A stretch of DNA of 64,000 nucleotides from Bacteroidales bacterium (GTDB lineage: Bacteria; Bacteroidota; Bacteroidia; Bacteroidales; UBA932). Positions 1-8,482 of the stretch are shown here, in pieces. Position numbers and translations under genes: made by a program. The DNA is taken from contig JAFVCK010000058.1 of assembly GCA_017479265.1 (NCBI GenBank), forward strand, positions 9,473 through 73,472, written 5' to 3'. Numbering within the stretch: position 1 is the first letter of the stretch; the number at the start of each line of letters is the position of its first letter. A model generated the notes under the pieces. It was not told the DNA's origin. It saw nothing but the letters and a program-made list of their open reading frames with translations, and ran no database searches.

Positions 1-380
1 ATAGTAAAACTCTCTATGTCAGCCGGATAGATGGTGTTGAGAGTAGCCAGGTCGGCGGCTACTCCGTCTATGATTACCAAGGGGTCGTTGCCTCCTGTCA
101 GGGACGTGGTGCCTCGGACGCGGACGGCATCCAGCATTATGGCGCTGTTGCCTCTGGATATGGTGACACCTGCCGACTGGCCGCTGAGGGCCTCCAGGGA
201 ATTGTTCACCAGTCCCTTGTTCATCTTGTCCTCTGTCACTTTGTCGGCCGTGCCGGTAATGGCCCGCGAATCCCCCTCGAAATAGCCCACGCGCACCATT
301 TTAAGCGTATCCTTCTCCTGTGCGGCGGCGAGTGTGCCGCACGCCAGAAGCAGGCCTATGAATATGATTCTGCTTTTCAT
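1..380 (-). CDS. SusC/RagA-type TonB-dependent receptor, N-terminal part (runs off window start)
   Basis: Manual translation from ATG at 380: MKSRIIFIGLLLACGTLAAAQEKDTL...VRVRGTTSLTGGNDPLVIIDGV...IYPADIESF, a signal peptide plus the SusC plug motif; not in ORF track. Confidence 0.85.
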   Translation of the reverse strand, partial: MKSRIIFIGLLLACGTLAAAQEKDTLKMVRVGYFEGDSRAITGTADKVTEDKMNKGLVNNSLEALSGQSAGVTISRGNSAIMLDAVRVRGTTSLTGGNDPLVIIDGVAADLATLNTIYPADIESFT

Positions 381-496
381 AATCCCGATGTTACAACTGC
401 GAATATATGAAATAATCATGATTTGAACAATCTTGCGGGGGGAGGATGGCCCGTATTCCATTTTTTTTGCTAACTTAGCGGTGATATACGAATGTA

Positions 497-1387
497 ATGA
501 CCGTAGCCATGAAAAAAAGTGTTTTAACAGTTATAATCCCTTTTTTGATGATTTCTGCTTGTTCTCCTTCTCCCAAAGACAGGACCATTGCTTTTGAAGG
601 TATTGAAAATGCCCGCGAACTGGGCGGCCTCGTGATGCAGGACGGACGTACGGTGCGCCCCGGAATGCTGGTCCGCTCCGGTGAGCTCTCCAAGGCCTCC
701 GACAGCGACGTGGCCATACTGAAAGACCGTTTTTCGCTTAGCGACGTGTTCGATTTCCGTTTCGACCGCGAGCGTGCCGGCAAGCCGGACAGGGAGATTG
801 AAGGAGTCAGCAATATATGGCTTTCTACGCTTCCGACGGCTTTTTTGAAGGCCTTTGCCTCAGGCCGTGCGGACAGTACCATGGTCCAATCTCCCAATCT
901 GATGGATGCCCTGGCCAAGTATGCCTTCCATCCCAAGGCCCAGGAGTTGGCAGACAAGCTTTATCCTGCAATCGTGACCGACAGCACTTCCCGACAGCGC
1001 TACGGAGAATTCCTCCGCGGAGTCCTGGCGGCCAAGGGCGGCGCTCTGTGGCATTGCTCCCAAGGCAAGGACCGCTGCGGCTGGGGTTCAGCCTTCGTTC
1101 TGGCTTCCCTTGGTGCTTCCCGGCAGACCATAGTCGAAGACTTCGCCCTGTCCAATGTCTCCTATGCTCCTGTGGTAGAGGCGGTTTCGGCCAAGGTTCT
1201 TGAGAACGGCGGCGGAGAGCCCGAGCTTGCCTTCATCCGTTCCATGGTGGGCGTGAACGTGGAGAACTTCGAGAGCACCCTGGACCTGATTGAGTCTCAG
1301 TACGGCTCCCTCCAGGCCTATCTGGAAAAGGCCCTTGGCTTCACCGCCGAAGAGCAGCAGCAGATGAAGCAGAAGTATCTGTATTGA
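497..1387 (+). CDS. Tyrosine/dual-specificity phosphatase (Y_phosphatase3, MptpB/LipA-like), probable lipoprotein
   Basis: NARELGG, LVRSGEL, DFR and P-loop HCSQGKDRCG; lipobox ISAC. Confidence 0.85.
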   Translation: MTVAMKKSVLTVIIPFLMISACSPSPKDRTIAFEGIENARELGGLVMQDGRTVRPGMLVRSGELSKASDSDVAILKDRFSLSDVFDFRFDRERAGKPDREIEGVSNIWLSTLPTAFLKAFASGRADSTMVQSPNLMDALAKYAFHPKAQELADKLYPAIVTDSTSRQRYGEFLRGVLAAKGGALWHCSQGKDRCGWGSAFVLASLGASRQTIVEDFALSNVSYAPVVEAVSAKVLENGGGEPELAFIRSMVGVNVENFESTLDLIESQYGSLQAYLEKALGFTAEEQQQMKQKYLY

Positions 1388-1389
1388 TG

Positions 1390-1917
1390 TCAGTCGTGCT
1401 TGCGGCGTTCTATAATGTCCTCCTCAGAGGCTGATTCAATCTGTTTTTCTATCAGGTCGTTTATGGCCGCAATGCCGGCGGAGAGTTTCTTCGGCGGCCA
1501 GGCGTTGCTTCCTCCGGAATAGATGGAATTCTTGTCGAAACGGAGTTGTACGCCCCACATGTTGCCGTCCAGTACAGTAACGCTCGGCCGGTAAGATGAT
1601 TTGAGCCTATACAGTTTGTACTTGGAAACGATGGCGTCAATGCGGGTCAGCAAGTCATCCGGGGCCAGGATTACGCGTATATCCTCTTCGCAATTCTCCG
1701 ACCACGCCAGAGTGGTTTTTCCTTCGGCATTGCGTTCCACCATATAGTACTTCTGTGGATAGCGCATCATCACCGAATACTGATATTCGTAATACGAGGC
1801 AGGGCCGTCCGGCTTAGGATTGCTGCCGGAACTTATCGTCCTGATAGGGGAGCAGAAGGAGAGCAGTGAAGTCAGCATAAGCAGGGCTGTAAGTTTTAGG
1901 TGTTCCATCCGTTTCAT
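1390..1917 (-). CDS. Hypothetical exported protein/lipoprotein
   Basis: 175-aa ORF, hydrophobic N-terminus with Cys, follows the GH3 glucosidase in the same orientation. Confidence 0.6.
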   Translation of the reverse strand: MKRMEHLKLTALLMLTSLLSFCSPIRTISSGSNPKPDGPASYYEYQYSVMMRYPQKYYMVERNAEGKTTLAWSENCEEDIRVILAPDDLLTRIDAIVSKYKLYRLKSSYRPSVTVLDGNMWGVQLRFDKNSIYSGGSNAWPPKKLSAGIAAINDLIEKQIESASEEDIIERRKHD

Positions 1918-1947
1918 AGTAGCTGTAAATATGTGTAAGCCAATTTC

Positions 1948-4263
1948 TTAAAAAGAAATTTCTTCTACTTTGTCCTTAGGGACAAGCAGCCTCTTGACAG
2001 GCCATGAGAAGGGCTTGGCAAGGCGGAAGGAAGCACGTTCCCTGATGTCGGCGCTGGAGGCGGCGAAACGGACCTCGTAAGTGCCCTTAGCAGTCTCCCA
2101 GGCCGATGTTTCCTCATTGAAGGAAGCCAGAGTGTAGGGCTCTATGGTCATGGTGAGGGTCTGGCTTTCGCCGGGGCGGAGTTCGCGTGTCTTGGCAAAG
2201 GCTTTGAGCTCCTGTTCGGGCTTGACAAGACCACCTGCGGGGGCGTTTACATACACCTGGACAATCTCTTTTCCGGCAGCCTGGCCGCTGTTGGTAACTG
2301 TAACTGAAGCAGTTACCTTGCCGTCCTTTCCAACCTTTACCACCGGCTTGGAATAATCGAAGGTGGTATAGGACAGTCCATAGCCGAAAGGATATGAGAC
2401 ACTCGCTCCGGAGGTTCCGAAATAACGGTATCCGACCCAGATGCCTTCCTGATACTCTGTGTATCCGACATTGCGGATTGACTCCGTGCCGAATCCTGTG
2501 CTGCCGTAATACCAATAAGGGAAATTGAGGGAAGAAGGTATGCTGAAATAATCCTCGGGGAAGGTCATGGGCAGCTTGCCGGAAGGATATGCGCTGCCGC
2601 AAAGTATGTCAGCAACTGCGTTTCCGCCTTCCTGTCCGGGAGTCCATGCGAGGAGAATGGCATCCGGAATATGCTTCCACGAGGCAGTCTCCATGACTCC
2701 GCTTATGTTGAGGACAACTATCAGTTTCCTGCCTGCGGCATGACATTCATCGGCGATTTCCTGCATGAGGGCACGCTCCGTGCCGGTCAGGGTCCAGTCG
2801 CCCTCTTCGTCCTTGCGGTCCTTTCCTTCGCCTGCGTTCCTGGTAATGGTGAATATGGCTACCTCGTTCTCTATAGCATTCTTTTTCAGGTAGTTGCGGC
2901 CTATGTTCATTTCGGGGAACATAGGATGAAGGGCAGGCCACCATCCCTCGCCCATTGCGGTATTCCTGATTTCGGTCAACTGATAGGTGATATAGTCGTG
3001 ATACCAGCCGGCGAGGTCCTTGTCCACAATCATTCCGTGCTCCTTCAGACCGTCCTCGACGCTGCGTACATAGGGCCTGTTGACATCTCCGGAGCCTGTG
3101 CCTCCCGCTATGAAATAGTAGGAACCTACTCCGTAGAGAGCTACTTTCTTGATGCCTTTAAGTGGCAGCACGCCTTTGTTCTCGAGAAGGACCATTCCTT
3201 CTGGTGCGGCTTCGCGGACTAGGCGGCCATGCTCCTCAAGGTCAGGCTTTTCGGAGTATTTGTAGCCCTTGAAAGTCGGTGTGCGGACAATGAATTCGAG
3301 CATGTGGCGTACATTGCGGTCCACGTCGGCTATGTCCAGGCTGCCGTCGGCAACTGCATCGAGTATGCGCTTGACCTCGAAATCCGCACCTGGCTCCATC
3401 AGGTCGTTGCCTGCATGCACGGCCTTGACCGTCCCTTCCTTGAATCCCCAGTCGGTCATGACTATGCCGCCGAATCCCCATTCGTCACGAAGAACTCCGG
3501 TCAGAAGGTCGTGGCTCTGCTGTGTGTAGGAGCCGTTCAGCTGGTTGTAGGAGGACATTATGGTCCATGGGGAGGCATTGCGCACAGCTATTTCGAATCC
3601 TTTGAGGTATAGCTCGCGCAAGGCCCTGGGATTGACTCGGCTTTCATTAAGGTCGCGGTTGATTTCCTGGTTGTTGGTGGCGAAATGCTTTGCACTGACA
3701 CCTACGCCGTTGGACTGTATGCCCCGGATATATGCCGCACCGATAAGACCGGTCAGCAGAGGATCTTCGGAAAAATATTCGAAATTCCTGCCGCACAGGG
3801 GGTTGCGATGCAGGTTCATGCCTGGAGCGAGCAGTACGTCCACTCCGTATTCCTTGACTTCCTGCCCCATTGCCGTGGTCAGTTTTTCAACCAGCTCTGT
3901 GTTCCATGACGAGGCCATTACTGTTCCGACAGGGAATCCTGTGCAGTAATATGTCCTGGATTCACCGTCTCTTTTGGGATTGATGCGCAGTCCGGCAGGG
4001 CCGTCGGCCAGAATCACAGAGGGAATACCAAGGCGGGCGATGGGCCTGGTGGAACCTGCTGCACCGGGAACACGGAATGCCGCGAGCGGCTCGGTGGTGC
4101 CCGTAACCGTGCATCCAATGTCGTATCCTACAAGCAGGTGGACCTTCTCTTCGAGGGTCATTGCCGCGAGGACTTCATCAATGTTGTCCGCGCTGAGGCG
4201 TGGCTGTGCAAATCCCGAAATCGTGCAGAGAACTGCGCTGAAAGCAAGAAATATCCTTTTCAT
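1948..4263 (-). CDS. Glycoside hydrolase family 3 beta-glucosidase
   Basis: ADGPAGLR, GRNFEYFSEDP, KHFATNNQE, VMTDWG nucleophile motif, C-terminal Fn3-like domain; signal peptide. Confidence 0.95.
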   Translation of the reverse strand: MKRIFLAFSAVLCTISGFAQPRLSADNIDEVLAAMTLEEKVHLLVGYDIGCTVTGTTEPLAAFRVPGAAGSTRPIARLGIPSVILADGPAGLRINPKRDGESRTYYCTGFPVGTVMASSWNTELVEKLTTAMGQEVKEYGVDVLLAPGMNLHRNPLCGRNFEYFSEDPLLTGLIGAAYIRGIQSNGVGVSAKHFATNNQEINRDLNESRVNPRALRELYLKGFEIAVRNASPWTIMSSYNQLNGSYTQQSHDLLTGVLRDEWGFGGIVMTDWGFKEGTVKAVHAGNDLMEPGADFEVKRILDAVADGSLDIADVDRNVRHMLEFIVRTPTFKGYKYSEKPDLEEHGRLVREAAPEGMVLLENKGVLPLKGIKKVALYGVGSYYFIAGGTGSGDVNRPYVRSVEDGLKEHGMIVDKDLAGWYHDYITYQLTEIRNTAMGEGWWPALHPMFPEMNIGRNYLKKNAIENEVAIFTITRNAGEGKDRKDEEGDWTLTGTERALMQEIADECHAAGRKLIVVLNISGVMETASWKHIPDAILLAWTPGQEGGNAVADILCGSAYPSGKLPMTFPEDYFSIPSSLNFPYWYYGSTGFGTESIRNVGYTEYQEGIWVGYRYFGTSGASVSYPFGYGLSYTTFDYSKPVVKVGKDGKVTASVTVTNSGQAAGKEIVQVYVNAPAGGLVKPEQELKAFAKTRELRPGESQTLTMTIEPYTLASFNEETSAWETAKGTYEVRFAASSADIRERASFRLAKPFSWPVKRLLVPKDKVEEISF

Positions 4264-4312
4264 AATAATGCCTTTGTGAATACCAGGTTGAAGTGCAGCG
4301 CACTTCAGAAAC

Positions 4313-4320
4313 CAAAGTTA
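4313..4320 (-). promoter_or_regulatory. Bacteroidetes -7 promoter element (TAACTTTG) for the GH3 glucosidase
   Basis: Matches TAnnTTTG, about 50 bp upstream of the start codon. Confidence 0.55.
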
Positions 4321-4496
4321 AAAAAATGTTTCAATATTCCAAAGGCATGAAACCCGGCTTCAAGGATTATGGAGCACTTTTGTGGGAATTGTTTTGAGAT
4401 GTAAATTATTATTGCGATATATGTGTTGCGATAATTTCGCAACGATATGGATGCTCAGATTTACAACCCATTCCTCGTCCAATATACTGTACCGGA

Positions 4497-4535
4497 CGAA
4501 CCACGATTTAAAGTTTAGGGAACAGGTGTTCTATC
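4497..4535 (-). repeat. Displaced tRNA-Arg(CCT) fragment, att-like direct repeat
   Basis: cgaaccacgatttaaagtttagg at 4497-4519 is identical to 8494-8516 inside the tRNA; similarity extends to 34/39 bp. Confidence 0.85.
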
Positions 4536-4641
4536 TAAAAAGTAACTTGACTTACAGCGAATTACAAAGATTTTCAAAAATTGGGTAAAACAATGGGGGC
4601 AACAATGTAAACATAACAATAATGCCTAATCAACATTTTGA

Positions 4642-4684
4642 AATTTAGCCAAAATGAAGATTTTTTATCAATTTTGGCTGAATT
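4642..4684. repeat. 13-17-13 inverted repeat upstream of the AAA ATPase
   Basis: aatttagccaaaa-N17-ttttggctgaatt. Confidence 0.8.
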
Positions 4685-4738
4685 TCTAGGAAAGTAAAAG
4701 ATTATTTACTATCTTTGTATCAACCAATTAGCACAAGT

Positions 4739-6199
4739 ATGAACCCATCTTCAGTTATCGGCAGAGAAGAAGAACTTGCCACTATCTCAAGGCTCTACAC
4801 ATCAGAGCGTTCCGAGTTTCTGTCCCTTTACGGCAGGCGCCGTGTGGGCAAATCCTTCTTGATAGAGGAAGCCCTTGAGAACAAATTCACCTTTATGACA
4901 GTGGGCCTGTACATCAAGGTGGACAAGGATGATGCGGAGAAGGTGGAATCCTACCGCCAGCAGCAACTCCGCCACTTCTACAGCAGCTTGCTGGAGTATG
5001 GATTGCCGGAAGAAGAGAATCCTGTGCCCTCCAACTGGCTTGACGCGATGAATTTGCTTAAGAAGCTTCTCCTGAGCAAACGAGCCCGCCGCAAGGTGGT
5101 ATTCATCGATGAACTGCCTTGGCTGGCCGGGCCTCAATCCTCGGAACTGGTGAGCGAACTCGGTTTCTTCTGGAACCAGTGGGCACGAAAACGAAAGGAT
5201 ATTTTCCTTATTGTCTGTGGGTCTGCTACCAGCTGGATGATGGACAATGTGATTCGGGAATATGGAGGATTATACGGCAGAACCACTGAGACAATCGCCC
5301 TCAAGCCATTCACGCTGGCAGAATGCGAGCATTACTGGGAAAAGCGCGGTTTCCACCTCTCCCGGTATGAGGTCGCCTTAACCTATATGGTTATCGGTGG
5401 GATACCTTACTACATGGACAAGTTCCGGACGGATCGAACGATGGCGGACAACATAAACACCATATATTTCAGCAAGGACAGAGCCAAACAAGAGTTTAAG
5501 GATGTTTACGCCGGCCTGTACTCTACATCAGACGTTTATATAAGAGTCATCCGGGAACTTGGGAAAAACTTCTATGGAATGTCAAGAAATGACCTGCTTG
5601 ATGCAGTAGAAAAGAAAGGCGGCGGCACATTCTCGGAAGTGCTGGAGAATCTGACGGACTCCGGCATCATCCGGAGTTATACCCTATACGGCGGCCCCCG
5701 GAAGCAGACGGTCTACCAGCTGATGGACTTCTTTACGCTGTTTTATCTGCGTTTCTGCGAGAATCCTGATTATACCTCCTGGCGCTCAGTCCAGCGGAGT
5801 AAACCATTTTACACTTGGGCGGGGAACACCTTCGAACTCCTGGTCATAGAACATATGCCACAGCTGGCCAATGCTCTCCGCATAAAGGAATACGCTACTC
5901 CTTTCAGTTGGAAGGGAGAAACTCCGGACGGAGAAGGCGTTCAAATTGACCTCCTCATCCCCGCCATGGCCGAACGTGCCGACTACATCTGCGAGATGAA
6001 GTTTTCTGAAGGGAAATATATTCTCAAAGATACTGATGTCAACGAATTGACCAATCAGATTGCTGCTTTAAGAAACTCCAGCATTCACAAGCCCAGCCAC
6101 TCCATTTATATAACCCTCGTGACATCAATCGGCGTGACTGAATCCAAGCACAAAAGTCATATCAATGATATAGTTACGCTGGATTCTCTATTCGCATAA
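4739..6199 (+). CDS. AAA+ ATPase (ATPase_2/archaeal ATPase-like) with winged helix and C-terminal PD-(D/E)xK-like domain
   Basis: IGREEE, Walker A YGRRRVGKS, Walker B VFIDELPW, IVCGSATSWM, GGIPYY, C-terminal QIDLL...ICEMKF; ATG at 4739 preferred over TTG at 4715. Confidence 0.9.
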   Translation: MNPSSVIGREEELATISRLYTSERSEFLSLYGRRRVGKSFLIEEALENKFTFMTVGLYIKVDKDDAEKVESYRQQQLRHFYSSLLEYGLPEEENPVPSNWLDAMNLLKKLLLSKRARRKVVFIDELPWLAGPQSSELVSELGFFWNQWARKRKDIFLIVCGSATSWMMDNVIREYGGLYGRTTETIALKPFTLAECEHYWEKRGFHLSRYEVALTYMVIGGIPYYMDKFRTDRTMADNINTIYFSKDRAKQEFKDVYAGLYSTSDVYIRVIRELGKNFYGMSRNDLLDAVEKKGGGTFSEVLENLTDSGIIRSYTLYGGPRKQTVYQLMDFFTLFYLRFCENPDYTSWRSVQRSKPFYTWAGNTFELLVIEHMPQLANALRIKEYATPFSWKGETPDGEGVQIDLLIPAMAERADYICEMKFSEGKYILKDTDVNELTNQIAALRNSSIHKPSHSIYITLVTSIGVTESKHKSHINDIVTLDSLFA

Positions 6200-6240
6200 T
6201 TCAGCCAAAACCAACAGCAAAAGCCCATTTTGGCTGAGTT
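6198..6240. repeat. 13-17-13 inverted repeat immediately downstream of the AAA ATPase
   Basis: aattcagccaaaa-N17-ttttggctgagtt, same arms and spacing as 4642-4684. Confidence 0.8.
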
Positions 6241-6290
6241 TTATACAAAGAAGTACAGTGATTCTTTGTTACATTCTTATTGGTCGTGTG

Positions 6291-6514
6291 TTATATAGAT
6301 AGACGACATATCTGACGACCGGAGTAGATGTTGCTAAGATAGGCGTAGAAGATGACCTTCAGCATGGCACGGGGCGAGTAACTACTGGTCCCGCCGCCTT
6401 TGTATGTACGCTCAAGGGCACTGATGTCCAAGCCTTCTACAACAGCATCAACCACCCTTGCAGGATGCTCTGCTGCTACCATGTCAGAAAGATACACAGG
6501 AAAAAGGCTTCCTC
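6291..6514 (-). pseudogene. IS1182-family transposase N-terminal fragment (DUF772 region)
   Basis: SLFPVYLSDMVAAEHPARVVDAVVEGLD...YKGGGTSSYSPRAMLKVIFYAY..NIYSGRQI, then stop; no DDE domain, no terminal IRs seen. Confidence 0.8.
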
Positions 6515-6539
6515 CGACATATGTGACGTTAGCGGTCCA

Positions 6540-6867
6540 TTAGCGGCAGACACCGGAAGTGGGACTTTGGAAGCAGTATCTGATATATGCGCAGCTCTTC
6601 GGTATAGCCAAAAAGGTAACGGCAAATCTGAGGCACCTGTATCCTGCCGAGTTCGAAGACTTCAGCCGGAATGCCTTCAACACCAAGGATTACGACCTCC
6701 GTAAAGTCCTTGCGCTCACGTCAAGTTTTTCCGCCCCTGTCAGTGCTTCGGCGAAAAATCCGGACTCTGATTCCGGCTCGTCACGCAGCAGCGGAGGCGG
6801 TGGCAGTTCCTCATACGGCGGTGGCGGAGGCCATTCCGGTGGCGGTTATGGCGGAGGCACGCGGTAA
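6540..6867 (+). pseudogene. C-terminal fragment of a DUF2207-type membrane protein
   Basis: EVGLWKQYLIYAQLFGIAKKV and Gly/Ser-rich tail SSGGGGSSSYGGGGGHSGGGYGGGTR; N-terminal and transmembrane parts missing. Confidence 0.75.
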
Positions 6868-6934
6868 ACAGCACACAGCACACAGACAGCAAGAAAAGGG
6901 GCTAACTCTCCTGCATTGTGCAGTTATCGGAAAG

Positions 6935-7005
6935 TGAGCCGATTCGGCAATATTTGAGCCGATTCTCAAAAATTTTGAGCCGATTTGATGAAATTTGAGC
7001 CGATT
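6935..7005 (+). repeat. Four direct repeats of TGAGCCGATT at 20/21/20-bp spacing
   Basis: Copies start at 6935, 6955, 6976 and 6996, with AT-rich spacers. Confidence 0.9.
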
Positions 7006-7025
7006 CTTGTAATTAAGAGGAATAT

Positions 7026-7139
7026 ATAGAGGAGAAAGGATATGCCACGCGGTTTGCAGGAAGTGGAAATGCTATCGTTAGACTGGGCTTGAATTTTTCC
7101 TCAAAAACCAGGACTATCGATGGCTGGGCCATCAAGTAA
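7026..7139 (+). pseudogene. C-terminal fragment of an AAA-ATPase/PD-(D/E)xK_9 nuclease gene
   Basis: Manual translation IEEKGYATRFAGSGNAIVRLGLNFSSKTRTIDGWAIK*, resembling the QIxEKGYA...IGxNFSxxxRxIxxW terminus of that family. Confidence 0.7.
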
Positions 7140-7219
7140 AGTGAGAAAGATTATAATCACAGTTTGATGCAGCCCCTCTATCCGTAATAGGCTCCAGCTG
7201 ATAGTATTATAGTACATTG

Positions 7220-7255
7220 ACGGCTACTAACCCGAAGTGATGGATTAGTAGCCGT
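7220..7255. repeat. Inverted repeat ACGGCTACTAA-N14-TTAGTAGCCGT, with further TTAGTA-like half-sites to about 7300
   Basis: Perfect 11-bp arms read directly from the sequence. Confidence 0.7.
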
Positions 7256-7373
7256 TACTTATTGTTAGTGATGCCTTACTAATGGTTAGTATCCGTCCAG
7301 TGACGCGGCTGCAGCGTTTCCGGGTTTTCCGGAAGGCCCGGACACGGACATTCAACTCTACAACGATTCTCAT
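7245..7373 (-). pseudogene. Probable decayed PIN-domain toxin start
   Basis: ATGA-coupled to the AbrB stop; MRIVVELNVRVRAF resembles the PIN start MRIVxDTNVLVSA with the catalytic Asp lost; ends after 42 codons. Confidence 0.45.
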
Positions 7374-7633
7374 TTGCGCTTCTGGGCTCTCATCGCCTTG
7401 ATCTCGGCATTAATATCTTCCTCGGTAAGTCCAAACTGTGCGGCCGTTCTCTGCGCCTGTTCAACCAGCGAGTAGAATTCATCAAGAGAAGGCTCCTTAA
7501 CAGGTTTGAGGAGGATATTCTCATTATCTGTAACGACCAGAAATTGAGAGCCTTCCCCAAGACCCAGTTTCTTGCGGATAGCGACAGGGAGAACAATTTG
7601 TCCTCTGGATGACATAGCTGCAATAGTTGCCAT
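7370..7633 (-). CDS. AbrB/MazE/SpoVT-family DNA-binding protein (antitoxin-like)
   Basis: MSSRGQIVLPVAIRKKLGLGEG...ILLKPV; start at 7633 preferred. Confidence 0.85.
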   Translation of the reverse strand: MATIAAMSSRGQIVLPVAIRKKLGLGEGSQFLVVTDNENILLKPVKEPSLDEFYSLVEQAQRTAAQFGLTEEDINAEIKAMRAQKRK

Positions 7634-7742
7634 ATGTCCAACATTTATGAAAAGTAAGTAATTCTTATTTTTCTGCAAATATAAGGATTATTATTTAATA
7701 ACCAAAAAGCGATACGATGGAATAACCCCAATCCTCAAAAAA

Positions 7743-8039
7743 TTATAGGTGACGTTTGAAATCCATCCTCTCATGCAGGATGCGAATGATACGCACCCTC
7801 CCGTCTTGGAGTTCTCTGAAGAAGATGATGTGCTTCCCGGAGGGATAACCTTTAACTGCGGGTCTTACATCATCAAAATGCCGACCCAGTCGCTCCGGTT
7901 TCTCCGCCAACTTGCTACAGTCTGCAAGGAGGTTGTTATAGTATGTGTTTGCCTGACCCGCTGACCATGTATCGTAGGTGTAATCCCAGATATCATTAAG
8001 GTCAGCTGCGGCTTTTCTGGTGAATACCGGTTTATCCAT
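7743..8039 (-). CDS. ParE/RelE-family toxin
   Basis: FTRKAAADLNDIWDYTYDTWSAGQANTYY...GKHIIFFR...IIRILHERMD; ATG at 8039 overlaps the antitoxin stop. Confidence 0.9.
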   Translation of the reverse strand: MDKPVFTRKAAADLNDIWDYTYDTWSAGQANTYYNNLLADCSKLAEKPERLGRHFDDVRPAVKGYPSGKHIIFFRELQDGRVRIIRILHERMDFKRHL

Positions 8040-8280
8040 TCCGTCTGGCATTAAGTTCAGATAGATTCGCCGCAGGGTCAAAATCCTCATAATCACCGCT
8101 GGCTTCGCCCTCATCTAATGCAGCACGAAGAGCGGCAAGACGTGATGCGTATTCCTGATCTTCAAGAAGTCGAAGACCGGACCGAACAACCTCGCTGGCA
8201 TTGTTGTATCTGCCGGAAAGGATGCTAGCCTGTATAAAATCCTCAAAGTGAGGTCCTAATGCTACAGTTGTCGTTTTCAT
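8032..8280 (-). CDS. ParD-family (CC2985-like) ribbon-helix-helix antitoxin
   Basis: MKTTTVALGPHFEDFI...SGRYNNASEVVRSGLRLLE...LRAALDEGEASG. Confidence 0.9.
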   Translation of the reverse strand: MKTTTVALGPHFEDFIQASILSGRYNNASEVVRSGLRLLEDQEYASRLAALRAALDEGEASGDYEDFDPAANLSELNARRNG

Positions 8281-8436
8281 AAGTGAACTTTTTTGCAAAA
8301 TTAAGAATATTTCATAATATTCCAATATATTATATCGAAAAGAAAAGTGGAATCTACAGAACAATCGGGAAACCCGGCCGGAGCGAAGCGACCCAGAGGG
8401 TCTGGGGGATCAGGCCCCCGGTTTATCGAAGATTAT

Positions 8437-8482
8437 GGCTACAAGAAAAGGACTGGCATTTGCCAGTCCTTTTCTTGTAGCC
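8437..8482 (-). terminator. 22-bp perfect hairpin at the tRNA-Arg 3' end
   Basis: ggctacaagaaaaggactggca-tt-tgccagtccttttcttgtagcc. Confidence 0.75.

Noticed and set aside
4382-4588. 68-aa ORF across the att-like site
   Set aside because: AT-rich, no motif, and spans the tRNA-derived repeat; likely spurious
6935-7005. Possible mini-CRISPR array
   Set aside because: 10-bp repeats with 10-11-bp spacers are far too short; no cas genes
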